From Octopus bimaculoides (taxonomy: Eukaryota), in assembly GCF_001194135.2 (NCBI RefSeq), contig NC_068985.1, positions 107,438,928-107,502,927 of the forward strand: a stretch of DNA of 64,000 nt. Reading direction: 5' to 3'. Position numbers and translations under genes: made by a program. Position 1 is the first letter of the stretch. Each line of letters starts with the position of its first letter. The notes beneath the pieces are model-generated. The model saw only the letters and a list, made by a program, of their open reading frames with translations. It searched no databases and was not told where the DNA came from. Shown here in pieces: positions 1-25,889 of this stretch.

Positions 1-135
1 TGTGTTTGTGTGTGTGTGTATATAATGCTTATATTTTTGTGATTGCAGTGAACAGTGAAGTTTGTTGTCATTCTTTGTCAATAAATCATGCACTATTTTT
101 GTGCTTTCAAAAACATGTTGAATAAAAAGACACTT

Positions 136-444
136 TGTAACATACTTTGTTCAGTACAATAAATAAGATAATCAGACAACAGTAAAAACAATGTAACAAA
201 CTAACGAATCACTTTACGAACCAACAATCAATATTCCTTGTGAACTAACCAACCAGAATTTCCCAACTTCACTACAAACTAACACAAACTCCATTTGACT
301 CCGAACTCCACTTGACTCCGAACTCCACTTGACTCCGAACTCCACTTGACTCTGAACTCTGAACTAACTCAGATCGTTACTCTTTATACTTTACTCAGAC
401 CAGTCTATCTCTTGCAAGGGGGCTTCATAACTCTCATCACAACA
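136..444. mobile_element. Possible solo LTR containing a 4 x 17-bp tandem repeat (287-354)
   Basis: TG...CA termini (tgtaaca...cacaaca); unit aactccacttgactccg; no target-site duplication seen. Confidence 0.35.
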
Positions 445-475
445 GAAACAAAAAAATCAGCTCATGGTTAATTAT

Positions 476-941
476 TTTTTTACTGCCCACAAGGGGTTAC
501 ACACAGAGGGGACAAACAAGGACAGACAAACGGGATTAAGTCAATTATATCAACCCCAGTGCATAACTGGTACTTATTTAATCAACCCCGAAAGGATGAA
601 AGGCAAAGTCGACCTTGGCAGAATTTGAACTCAGAATGTAGTGGCAGACGAAATACCACTAAGCATTTCGCCTGGCGTGCTAACATTTCTGCCAGCTCGC
701 TGCCTTAGAACAATAATAATAAGAATCTTTTCTACTCTAGGCACAAGGCCCGCAATTTGGGGTGAGGGGGGCCAGTCAATTAGATCAACCCCAGTACACA
801 ACTGGTATTTAATTTATCGACCCCGAAAGGATGAAAGGCAAAGTCGACTTTGGCAGAATTTGAACTCAGAATGTAATGGCAGACGAAATACCACTAAGCA
901 TTTCGCCTGGCGTGCTAACGATTCCGCCAGCTGGTCGCCTT
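476..941 (-). mobile_element. Two tandem copies of SINE family A (476-706, 721-941)
   Basis: Head AAGGCGGCGAGCTGGCAGAA, B-box-like gttcaaattc, and central gcctttcatcctttcggggtcgataaattaagtaccag; many copies in the window. Confidence 0.85.
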
Positions 942-1417
942 AATAACTCATGGTTAATGACAGGAAGGATATGCAGCTGTAAAACAATATCTAAGTAATA
1001 TGTATTCATCTAACCCATGCTATCACGAAGCAGCAGATGTGAAACTAACGAATGAAAGGATAAATGATATAATGGTTAATACAGTGAACAACTGTTAGTT
1101 TAACATTTTGCTTATGATGTTTATTGTAGTGAACAGCTGTTAACATACATGATATAGTAACAATAGAATCAGCATGAAGCTTGAGACAACGGGGACAAAA
1201 AAATATGATGTGATTTTTTTTCTATTGGAGTCAAGCTAGTACCAATGATATATGACTACACAATGATGTCTAATTACTAAGATAGTTAAGATAAGGATTA
1301 GTTTTTTCACTGGGCATTGAGAAATTAAATATCAACTTATAAATTGTGGTGTTGTGTACTTCATTGGGAAACTTCTTTCTACATTTTATTATGTGTAGTT
1401 CTTTTACTGACCACCAG

Positions 1418-14572
<13,155 letters not shown>

Positions 14573-14596
14573 GAGCATATCGGTAGCTTATAATCC

Positions 14597-14676
14597 AATA
14601 AACACTGAATAATAGAATTAACTGTCACCAATTCTACTAAACATTAACACTGTGTCTGTCATCATGGTTTATTAAA
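14597..14676 (+). terminator. Candidate ZMYND10 polyadenylation signals
   Basis: AATAAA at 14597-14602 and ATTAAA at 14671-14676, just after the stop codon. Confidence 0.5.
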
Positions 14677-14716
14677 TACAGTTCATTAATATCCATGCAC
14701 TGAATCAGCAGACATA

Positions 14717-14932
14717 AGAAGGGGTACTAAAAAATTCCTCACTGTAAGGGTATCGCAAAAGGCCTGGTTGGAGGCCTAACCTTCTGAGTTCTTTTACAAG
14801 GCTTAGAAAAACTGAAGGACATTGCAATAATTATGCGAATCTGAGAGGGGAATATGTTTAATAAAATCATAATTAACTGATCCTCCTGTATTTTCTTTTA
14901 CCCAAAGCCAGGAACTTTTCAGCACTCCTTTG
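14717..14932 (+). mobile_element. Internally deleted mariner (MITE)
   Basis: TA-flanked imperfect TIRs (agaaggggtactaaaaaattcct / aggaacttttcagcactcctttg); remnant of the transposase C-terminus. Confidence 0.7.
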
Positions 14933-15426
14933 TATGATGAAAGGTATTCCAGGCATGACCAACACAGCTTTTTATTCTGATATAACGTATTTTGGAGTAA
15001 GTAATTTATTTTCGCCAATATGGATGGTTTAGTGAATCATACTTACTTAAGCCCTTTGCTCCCTATGGAGTATAGGCCATTGATGTCTTTCCTCCAATGT
15101 TCTCAACCCTGGGCTGTCTTTTTTTCTACTACACCATATATTTCCCTGAGGGAAGACCTTCCTCTCCCATGTTTTGTTGATATTGATTTGTCATTGATGC
15201 TTCTGTGAATTTTGCTTTTTTCTAGGTAGGGGTGTCAGCCCTATGCAAGTCCATTTTTACTTCTATAAAGAGGTAGTTATTTTTCTAAATGTATTTCAAC
15301 AGAAATAGTAACAAAAGTATTAAAATACCGTATTTTAACATGTATAAGGAACCCCTTTTTTGTCAAAAATTATACATGGATAGTATTATAATCCATTACA
15401 AAACCTTTGTTCCAAATTTTAAGACC

Positions 15427-15470
<44 letters not shown>

Positions 15471-16340
15471 CTTTCACCTCTACACAGAGCTATAGAGCTT
15501 GTCCAACAAACCCTTGCACAAACAGTTCTGATGTTACTCTGTAGTTTTTCATTGGACCATTACATTCGACACAAGCTTTTAACAATAAACATGATTACTC
15601 TTCTCATTCGTCCAACTTTCTATTCATCTCAATGTTGATGAGGTAATACATTAGTTTCTTCTTATTACATCTTGGGGCCACCACATAACTTTTTTAAAGA
15701 TCTTTCAAATATTAAGTATTTTGATTTTTAGATAACTTTAATTCAGCTTTGTCACTTTTCATCTTCTATTCAACCATATGACACACTCTCATTAGATTAC
15801 ACTAGGCTGACAGTTCAAATCCACTGGTGACATCTTGTTATATTTGTGGAAAGAATACTGAACTATAGTTCACTAAGATATAAATAAGTAGCAGATCAGT
15901 TTGTGAGCGTTTATTTGTGATAGATAAGATTTTATCTAGGGTAGATTATTTTTTACTCATTGTACATTAACCAAAGCTTTGTGAGTGGATTTGGTAGACA
16001 GAAACTGAAGGATTCTTGTCATATATACATATTGTGTATGCGTGTTACTGTCTTCTTGCCTTGACATTGCATGATGATTGGAAATGAATATCACTCATGC
16101 AAATGGTGTCCTTCATTCCCAGTCTTTCAGGAAAGCATGTTTGATCATGGGGAGATATTACCTTACTTGAGAGCAGATGAGCATTGGTAACAAGAAGGGC
16201 ATCCGGCCATAGAAAAATCTGCCTCAACAAATCCCACCTGATCCATGCAAACATGGAAAAGTGGATGTTAAAACAACGATGATAATGTCCTCTATAAAGA
16301 ACCAACCCATAAGAAGTGTTCACTCGAGGTTTAGGAGATA

Positions 16341-16724
16341 CCGTAAATCCTCGAGTATAATCCGCACTTTTTTTCCCAAAATTTAAAGGTCAAAATTTCT
16401 AGTGTGTACTATATACGAGGTTAAAAATGAAAAATATTTTCTAAGCAAAATTTTGTATGTAAAGGCAATTTACTTAATATTTATTTTTCACTGACGTTAT
16501 TACTGTTATTTCTTTATTTTCTGCACAAAAAAGCTACATGTTTGCATTATGTTATATATACAATAATAAAGGACGTTACCGTATATACGTTTACAAACCA
16601 AGGACGTTATATAGACCTCCTTGACTCAAGTTAGAGAAGGGGTGCATATTATACGCAAGGTTTAGGTTTTTCAGAGGTACAGCCCCCTAAAAATCCTCTG
16701 TGTATTATACTCAAGGATTTACGG
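16341..16724. mobile_element. pogo/Tigger-like MITE
   Basis: 20-bp TIRs ccgtaaatcct(c/t)gagtataa with 1 mismatch; TA on both sides. Confidence 0.85.
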
Positions 16725-17304
16725 TAGTTATCTTACATTCTTGCTGATTACAGTAGTTGGCTGTTCTTCCAAGTAGTACCTGTTTGCAGCTGGGTGAAAT
16801 GGGTAATCTAAGAGTACAGTATTTAAAACATAACCATAGTCAACTGTTAGAGATGGGATGTAAGCCAGTGACCATTTTTGTTAATTATCCAACATCTAAT
16901 TGATAATAGTAAAGGGAAAAAACACAAATTGAAAGAAATTGCTGACAATAACAAATAACAGGAGGAACTTTTATTTAAATGTTTGTAAGAATTTACAATT
17001 AGAGTAAAAATTCAAATAAAACTGATAGAGATGAGAGAAATTGTTTAAAGAGTGGGGAATAATGTTTTAGTTAGAAAAGCAAATTAAAAAAAAAAGCTTG
17101 GTCTGTAGAATACAGGAAAAGTGATTTTGTGGAATTCATGCCTTCCTCAAGAGTGTCTGTGCAACATCAAGTTTTTTTGATTTTTCAAATGGAAATCAAA
17201 ACTCAACTCAACAGTATAGGAAATGTAAATGTTAGTTTTCTTTTTTCTGACTACGCAAAAAAGGTTATGTGATTTTACAATAAAGGGAAGCTGCTGTGTT
17301 CATG

Positions 17305-17372
<68 letters not shown>

Positions 17373-17616
17373 CTTTTCTATATATATATATATATATATA
17401 AAAGCTTTTCTATATATATATAAATATAAAGAGTGGAGTTTATGGCATTACATTTCCATGGTTTACAATTGCTTCAACAACTTGCAGGTGACCTATCAAA
17501 CAGCATGTCTAGGGACATAGATGCTAATAAAAATTTAGTCATGCATATTATATAATGAATATTACACAGTGGCACCAGCAGTTATTTAATGATAACTAAT
17601 CAAAGAAATATATATA

Positions 17617-18162
17617 CAGGGTGTCCCAAAAAGATGTGCTCACTCTTTGACAGACGGTTACTAATGTATTGTTTTTTGCGATGTACGGACTTACCTCGAT
17701 GCAACAAATCCAAACAACTGGATTGGGAGGAGAGGTAGCATTGAATTTCCTGCACGTTCCCCAGACCTCACGCCAATGGATTATTTTTATGGGGACATCT
17801 CAAAGATAAGGTTTACGCTGCAAAACCAGTGACAATTGATGATTTGAAAAATGAAATTCGAATACAATGTCTTGCAATTCCAAATGAAATGTTTCGCAAT
17901 GTTGTTGAATCCATTGTTGGACGTTATCAGCTTTGTTTGGAAAATGAAGGAAGGCAGTTTGAACATTTGCGAACACGCAGGAATGAGAGAGAAGATTAAA
18001 TAATTCTAAATGACAATAAATAATTGTTTCCACAACAATTTATTTTCCTGAATTTAATTTAACTTTTTAGGATTGTATGTATATCAATAAACATCTACTT
18101 GAACACAAAATGCATGAGTACTGGGAAGTCAAAGAGTGAGTACATCTTTTTGGGACACCCTG
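17617..18162 (+). mobile_element. Tc1/mariner deletion derivative with both TIRs
   Basis: 35-bp TIRs with 1 mismatch, TA target; WIGRRGSIEFPARSPDLTPMD/LWGHLKDKVY...RYQLCLENEGRQFEHL with a frameshift. Confidence 0.92.
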
Positions 18163-18362
18163 TATATATAAGCACAAATTAAAGGTTATAAACCTCATTC
18201 AGGGATTGCAAAATCCTATGAAAGTACTGGCTAATTATCTATACAAAGAGTATCGAACATTATATTTAATACTTAATTGCAAGGTAACTATATAAACCAT
18301 GGATGAGAGAACAGAGAAGTAATTAATAAATTATCATTTATTAATTAAAAAATTGACAAACA

Positions 18363-18443
18363 TCACTTACAGCTGTTTCAGTTTAGTCCCTCAGAAAATT
18401 AATTAAATTAAAAATTATTTGAAAGCCGAATCTCTTCAGAAGT
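18363..18443 (-). ncRNA. Degenerate hammerhead-like motif
   Basis: ACTT-CTGAAGA...GAAAC-AGCT-GTA-AGTGA. Core and palindromic stem III present; stems I and II eroded. Confidence 0.4.
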
Positions 18444-18609
18444 AGATAGAGAGATATACAAAATAGGTGTTCAATTTCCTTATGTTGAGTAAACGGCTGC
18501 AAGAGAATTTTTTTTTAATAATGATTCTATTATTAATGGAACAGTTTATATATATATGTGTATGTGTGAATTTCTGCCTGGGAGTCTCTGTCTGAAAATT
18601 TAGCTTACA

Positions 18610-18615
18610 TTTATT
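18610..18615 (-). terminator. Candidate gelsolin-like polyadenylation signal
   Basis: AATAAA on the - strand, about 370 nt after the stop codon. Confidence 0.4.
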
Positions 18616-18984
18616 CTCACTACGTGGTTGAGCAGTTGGTTTTAAAAGAGGACATGCAAATGTAAATGCAGTTGCTCTGACATTTCTTGAGGCATTATGC
18701 GGTATCTATAAGTTCAGCTTGTTGCTGGTCCCAGTAAATCTAGCTGGAAATACATCTGACATTAGAGTAAAGTGGTTAGCAGTAGCAAGAAACACACAAT
18801 GCTGGGTATATATAAAAGAAGGCATTTCTGATGTTAGTGTTCTGGGGTGCTATATAAAATTGTGGATTTTAAAAGGGTAAAAGAAAGGTTTGGTGGGGAT
18901 AGAATATGTAAAATACTGAAAAAAAAAAATTTAAAAAAATAGAAAAGGTTTCCATTGACAGGATATGGATCCATCTGTGTTGAT

Positions 18985-19080
18985 TTAGGCTGCAAGAGCT
19001 GAGATTAGCTGGCGGTCATGTCTACCTTCCAGCAGGCGGGTGACTGGCAGCAGGCTGTTGGCTTTGTTCATCAGGTAGTT
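18985..19080 (-). CDS. Gelsolin-like last coding exon ([31 protein letters not shown])
   Basis: T-rich tract plus ttag acceptor; 96 bp including TAA; resembles the family C-terminus NYL...P.T.V.EG. Confidence 0.92.
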   Translation of the reverse strand, partial: NYLMNKANSLLPVTRLLEGRHDRQLISALAA

Positions 19081-22000
19081 CTAAATAAAAAAATAAATAA
19101 ATAAAATAAAAGTAGGACTACATCAAATGTATTCCCCAAACTCCTATGCTATTACTTGATTAAAAGAAATATTTGACCCAATATTACTAATTTTTCATCT
19201 CAATATATTGTTAATGTTTGAATGTATATTACAACTACATTACATTAAGTGTTTTGTTTTGTTGCTATAATGTACTAGAGAATATATCTATAAGCATCTT
19301 AGCCAACACTGTGTATGAAAACAATTAATTTATAGACCCATTTTATGGTACATTAGAACAACAACATGAAACACTTAACAGCCCAGTAAGTTAATGTTTG
19401 AGCTTGCCAAGAAAAATGTTAAAAATACAAATTGGTCTATTCAGTATACTAGATGAGGATCTTTTCTGTTTGGCTGCATCTAAGGAAATTTTTAAGTTTA
19501 GTGAAAATTAAAAAATTTGTTGTATTGATGTAATTTTCCGTGCTGAATCTCAGGAGCAAATCCACTTTTTCCAGAATTTTTTTTATAAAAAGTTAGAGGT
19601 TTAAAGTTTGATCATTTTTACCCAAGTCAGAAAACAGGATTTGGAAGCTGTTGTCAACTGTAAACAAATGATCACCTTATACTTCATGTTTTAAGCATTT
19701 AATAAATGAAAAATGACCACGTGGGTAAGCAGCTTGGTTTATTATTATGGAAATAGGCACCTATATGTCTGTGGCTTTCAACTGGCTAAAATTACCCAAA
19801 ATTTACAAATTTAAAAAGCTATTAACTCTTTATTAATTGATCTATGGTGAAAATGAATTTCATATTAGTAATTACCATACCAAACTACATCATTACACCA
19901 AATATGAAATGAATTCAAACAAAATTTGAAGAAATTGTAAAACAGAAGCCAAACAGAAAAGATCCCTAGATGGTTTATAAGCAGTGTGTTTAGGGATAGT
20001 TAAAGGAGGTACACAATTGCTGACAATGATTCCAACAAGAGCTGAAACATTCATACAACTATCCCTTCTTTTTCTACCTACAAACATGTGTCTGCATTAT
20101 TTACAATCATCATAATATATATTGTATATTAATAAAGACATGTGTGGTACATTACAGCACTAAAACAAAACAGTGTTTGTACTGTTATAACATACAGTGT
20201 TGGCTAATAATCTATAATTATGTTCTATAGTATATTATAGAAATGAAATGAAACACTATTAACACACTACTAATTTAGTGTTTGACCTCATGGTCAAGAA
20301 AGTGTTGAATAGTAAAAAGGTCTATCAAGTTTACTTTAGCCACTAATATCGGTGGGTTTATAGACAGTGTATTCTTGGATAGTTAAGGAGAGTGCACAGT
20401 TGCTGATGAAACTCCAGAGTTAAAATGTGCAGTATAAACAGCTGTTTCTTCTATTTCTGTCAGTGAACATGTTGAGTATATAGATGTAATATTTATGTTA
20501 ATTGTAACATGCAGTGTTACTTATAGGTATGTTCTATGGTATATTTTAGCATGAAATGAAACATGTAACACACCAGTAATTGTTCACTTTAACTTTAACA
20601 CTTAAAGCTGTTAAATTTAACTTTAACACACAAAGTTATTAGATTCACTTTAAATTTATATTTATTATTACAAGGTGTCAAAAATTTTTGTTGCATAAGT
20701 AAAACTTGGTTACTGACACAGTCCCACAATCACAGAAATGTTTTAATTTAAACTTAATGTGAATTAAATAACTTTGTGGACTATTAAATGTTTCTTCCAC
20801 AATGTAAGTGTTTCAGTTTCAACACACAGTCTCAGATCAAGTCACTTGCTCAACAGTTACAACTCGACTTTGATAAGTCTCTCTATTTTTGTAGAAGGAG
20901 AAAATAGGAAAGCTGGCTGTCAGCTTTTCTTACAGGTTATCAATGGTGTAAATGAAATGTAGTGATTATCAATACTCACGTGAGCATAGGTCATGGCGTT
21001 ATTCTTTTCTGTAGTTGAAGAATCAGCACCAATCCAAACAACAATTTCTTTCTTTGTATCAATGACAAAAACATCCTGAAGACAAAATACAAATCTAGCT
21101 ATTAAAACTGATTTAACAATGATCATCTCTCATCCAGGCCACAGAGAATAGAAAGAATATATCAACTACTTGCCTCCCAATATATTATTAGCTAAAGAGG
21201 AAACCTTCTATAGAGTCACCATACATAAAAGAAAAAAACAGCTAGGTTTTCTTTACTACACATGTGATTTCTTAAAATGAAACACTAAATAATACAGTTT
21301 GAAATACAGTGTTAGAATAAAGCATAGAACTATTAAGGTCTCAGCTTTGATTACTGGATCTACAGAATCAAGGCTGACCTAAAGTGAAACAACTACTAGA
21401 CATACTATACACATTGTATTATCATAGACCCTAGATATCATATATATATAGCTCTATGTACAGTATGTCTGAATAGAAGTCGCAGCTGGGATGTTTGATC
21501 AGAGGTCTGCTGGATCGGGGCTGACCAGGGGCTAAAGATGCTTAGTTTTTATATAATGGAACTTACTCCTTGCTTCCCAAAATCCATCAACACTACTCCT
21601 GGTATTCCTAGGCACCCCTTTCCTTTTTATGGCTCTTTTACATTTCACTTTTGTATCCCTTTTTGTTTTATTCTAAGTACTGTGCATATACTTTTAGCTT
21701 TCATTGCTATCTTTCCTTAATTGACTCATTGCTGCTTTCTGTCCCCTTTTTTTCTCTTATCTTATGAACTGTAGTGCACCTAAGCACCTTATACAATAAG
21801 CTCATTATTATAATTATCATTGTTCTTTTTGTACTTCCTATTTCATATCCTGTATGGGCCTGAGACACTACAGGCAAGATGTCACTTGGTTAGATAACAC
21901 TCTCTATAAGTGTGTGAGTTGTTCCAAGTAGTGCAATCTTCTGGACTACATAAATATTGATGCTGCCCAGGAAACAGTTGGTAAACCTTTCCTTTCCTTT

Positions 22001-23818
22001 TTTCATAAATCCTAGAGATCTAATGACCACTGGTATTATTTTGGTTTTCATATTCCACATCCTGTTGATTTTCATCTCAGGGTCTTTGTATTTAGGAAGA
22101 TTATCTGTGTCTTTCACAGAAGTGTTTCCTTCAGAGGGCATTACTGTGTTGATAAGCATATAATTAATGTCCTCCCTGTCCTTGATAATGACTGTAAGCT
22201 TGTTGGCTTTTATCTCTGTGTCAGTATAGGTGACCATGTCCCAGACATAATGTTGTTAGTGACCATGTCTGGCTTATGTTCATACCAACTTGGTTATTTT
22301 GATTTTATAATTCCAGTATATTTTCCAATGCAGGTACACCACTGCTTTGTTATGCCAATAGATGCATTTGGCCTTTGCTAGGCTGAAGCATTATTCTTGA
22401 TTAAGGTGGTGTGTTGGTTGAATCGTTATTGCACTGGACAAAATGCTTAGTGACATTTCTTTAGGCTTTTTACCTTCTGAGTTCAAATTCTGCTAAGACT
22501 AACTTTGCCTTTTATCCATATGGGGTCAATAAAATAAGATATCAATCACGTACTAGAGTCGATATAATTAACAAATTCCCTTCTCCCAAATTTCAGGCTT
22601 TATCCTTACACTTATGATTAATTACACTTAGTCTTTAAAGATTTAAAATATGACTGATTTGGCTTCCAGAATATTGCTGATAGACATACTTATTTTACAA
22701 ACCAGTGGACAAATGGAAGGAAATGTTTATTTTGTTTATACCTTCCTGGTCGACATGCTTGTACATGTGAGAACTCCTTTTCAAATTTTCTTTATGTCCT
22801 GACATAAGTTTACCATTCTTTGAAACACCTTTGCAACTGTCTGCAGGATTAAACTTTGGTCCTTTTGTTCAAGTTTTGTGAGAATTCTTGCATGTATTTC
22901 CGCAACTTTGTTTGCCGTAAGCCCTTGAACAAAAACGAGGCACTTAAATGTATCAGGAGTTAGTTCCTTCAGTTTAAATTTTTTGCACTTTCGGTTTACA
23001 GTCCTGGCATATGTGACAAAGTCTTCAACCTCTTTTTTTAAACTAGATTCCAACATTCCCATCGAGTGTTAAATAAGGAACTCTTAGCACTGAATATTTT
23101 TGATAGTAGTTTGGCTGTTTCCTGGAAACAAATTCCACTAGTTTTTTTGGGGTAATATGAAATTACAATATTTTTCATGTTCAGCCAGTGGTAATTTACA
23201 CAATAATAATCTTACATTTTCCTTGTCTGTCCACAACTTGCAATCTTCCCTGAAGATTTCTTTATACCTTCCAAAGTACACTGCAAATGTTATACCCTCC
23301 TCTGGGTCATAACTGAATTCTGATATAAAATTTGATATGCCATCTATCGAAAATGAACTTATAGTGTTTCTGGACTTCTTAAGACATAGCTCCATTAATT
23401 GTTGTTTTTCTTGTTGCTGAAGTAGTTGGTTCTGCAACTCCTGTTGCTGTTCTTGCTGCCGTTTTTGCAACTGTGTAATAGGTCTTCCATCATTAACACC
23501 TTTGCATCAGAAAAATTTGTTAACTGACCTGCATGAGCTTTGAATCCTTGTCGCCGATATTGTTGTATTGCCAATTGTTATGACATTACTTTTTTTACAC
23601 TATAATCATGTAATAACAATAAAACTTATAATGAAGCAGGGTAACAACAACGTAACAATCCAACACATTATTAAGGATTAATTTCAAAAGAACAAATAAT
23701 AAATAAACAAAACAAAAGGAGAGAGAGAGATGGGAGAAAAGGGGCAAGAGGGTGAGGGACAGAGGAGATGGGGTGGGGGAAAGGACAGAAAGGGAGAGGG
23801 AGAGTAAGAGAAGGAATG

Positions 23819-23849
<31 letters not shown>

Positions 23850-25808
23850 TGAGAGAACAGAAGAGATTTTGTTGTCTCCTTACCTTGGAATCTAAATCAC
23901 GTTTTCCAATGTCTCCTTTCTTCTCCAGATGAAATTGAACTTTTCCTGAGGAATCAGACAACCTGTTGGTGTAAGATGATAATCATTTATTATTAAGACA
24001 CACACACACACACACGAACGTGTGAATGTAAGCTTGAAAGGGCCCACATTGAGGAAAAATTTAGTGATCATTTTTCTTTTTGTCTTTTATTTTAGTCATC
24101 GGACTGTGGACATGCTGTGACACTGCCTTGAAAGGTTTAGTTAAACAAATCGACCTTAGTACTTATTTGTTTGAGTCTGGAACTTATTCTATTGGTCTCT
24201 TTTGGCTGAACTGCTAAGTCACATGGATGTAAACAAACCAACACCAGTTTTCAAGCAGTGGCAGGTGAACAAACACACACCTATAGTGACATTGTCATCA
24301 TCCTCATCATCATCATTTAACATCCGTTTTCCATGCTGGCATGGACTGGATGGTTTGACAAGACCCAGCAAGATGCAGGGCTGTGCTAAGATCCAGTGTT
24401 AGCTTTGGCATATTTTCTGCAGTTGGATGCCCTTCATAATGCTAACCACCTTATAGTGTGTACCGGGTGCTATTTTTTGTGCCACTGGCACTAGTGAAGT
24501 TGCCAACTAAATTGCAAAACAAAAAAAGAACAGAAAAGGAATAAAAATCCAAGATTAAGGTTTAGAGAGAGAGGAGGGGCCTTCATAATAGGTACTGAGA
24601 GGTTAAAGTATGATAGAAGGACAAGCACAGGTATTTTGCTGGGCTTTCACACAGTTTCTTGTATCAAATTCACTCACAAGGCATTGGTTGGTCCTGGGCT
24701 ATTGTTCAAAGTGCCACACATTGGTATTGAACCCAAAACCATGTGGTTGGAAAGCAAGCTTCTTAATCACACAGCCATGCTTGCAACTATACATGTTCCA
24801 TTTATAGGTTCTGGTTTCATTACATCACATCATATTGCGGGCCTCAACACAAGCTGTAAGGCCTTAACTCTTTTGTTACTATATTTCTGTTGAAATATGC
24901 AGCCTTTGTTTCAATTAAGTTTGAAAACAATGAATGCTTTAATAAATAACTTTGTCAATATTAACCTGGTGTTTGGAATATTAATTAACATGAAATTTTG
25001 ATAGTAGGGTTTAATTTAGGTCACCTTAAAACACGAAGTTTATATCACAGAATCAGGAGTAAAGTTGGTATCAGGGTTAAGAAATCCTTCCCTATTAAGT
25101 AATAGGTCTACCTCAGTTGTGTAGACATGTGTTTGCAATGAAGGAGATATGTAGTGTTGCATGTGGGTAATACAGAAGAGAAGAAAGTGTGATTTATTGG
25201 TTATGCATGAATAGAGTTTGTTTTCGTGTAATAAAATCTAGGAAGGTCAATGTTTGATATTTTGTTGTGCAAGTGATTTGTGAAGTATGTCTCAGTTATT
25301 TTTGTGTGCATAGGTGCAGGCATGACTATGTGGTTATGAAGCTCACTTTTCAACTGTGTGCTTTCGGGTTCAAGTTGCACTGCATGAAATCTTTGGCAAG
25401 TGTCTTCTATAATAGCCCCAGGCTGATCAATGCCTTGTGAGTGAATTTGGTAGACAAAAGCTGAGTGGAAGCTTGTCATATGTGAGTTTGTGTGTGCATG
25501 TATGTGTATGTTTGTTTGTTTGTCTGTCACCCCACTCTGTTGACAACTGGTGTTGATTTATTTACAGCCCTGTAACTTAGCAGGTTGGTGAAGAGGACAA
25601 TAAATAACAAAATAAAAAACAAAGTACTGGGGGTAATTTGTTTGACAAAAACGCTTCAAGGTGGTGCCCCAGCATGGCCATAGATCAATGACTAAAACAA
25701 GTAGAAAAATAAAGATAAATAGCCGACTGAAGCTTTGTGATTGAATTTGGTAGGCGGAAGTTACTGCCGTGTGTGTATATGTCTGTGTATGTGCTTGTGC
25801 CTTTCTCC

Positions 25809-25889
<81 letters not shown>

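Noticed and set aside
287-354. CRISPR-like periodicity (also the 85-bp units at 52524-52775)
   Set aside because: Pure tandem repeats without unique spacers; eukaryotic context and no cas genes.
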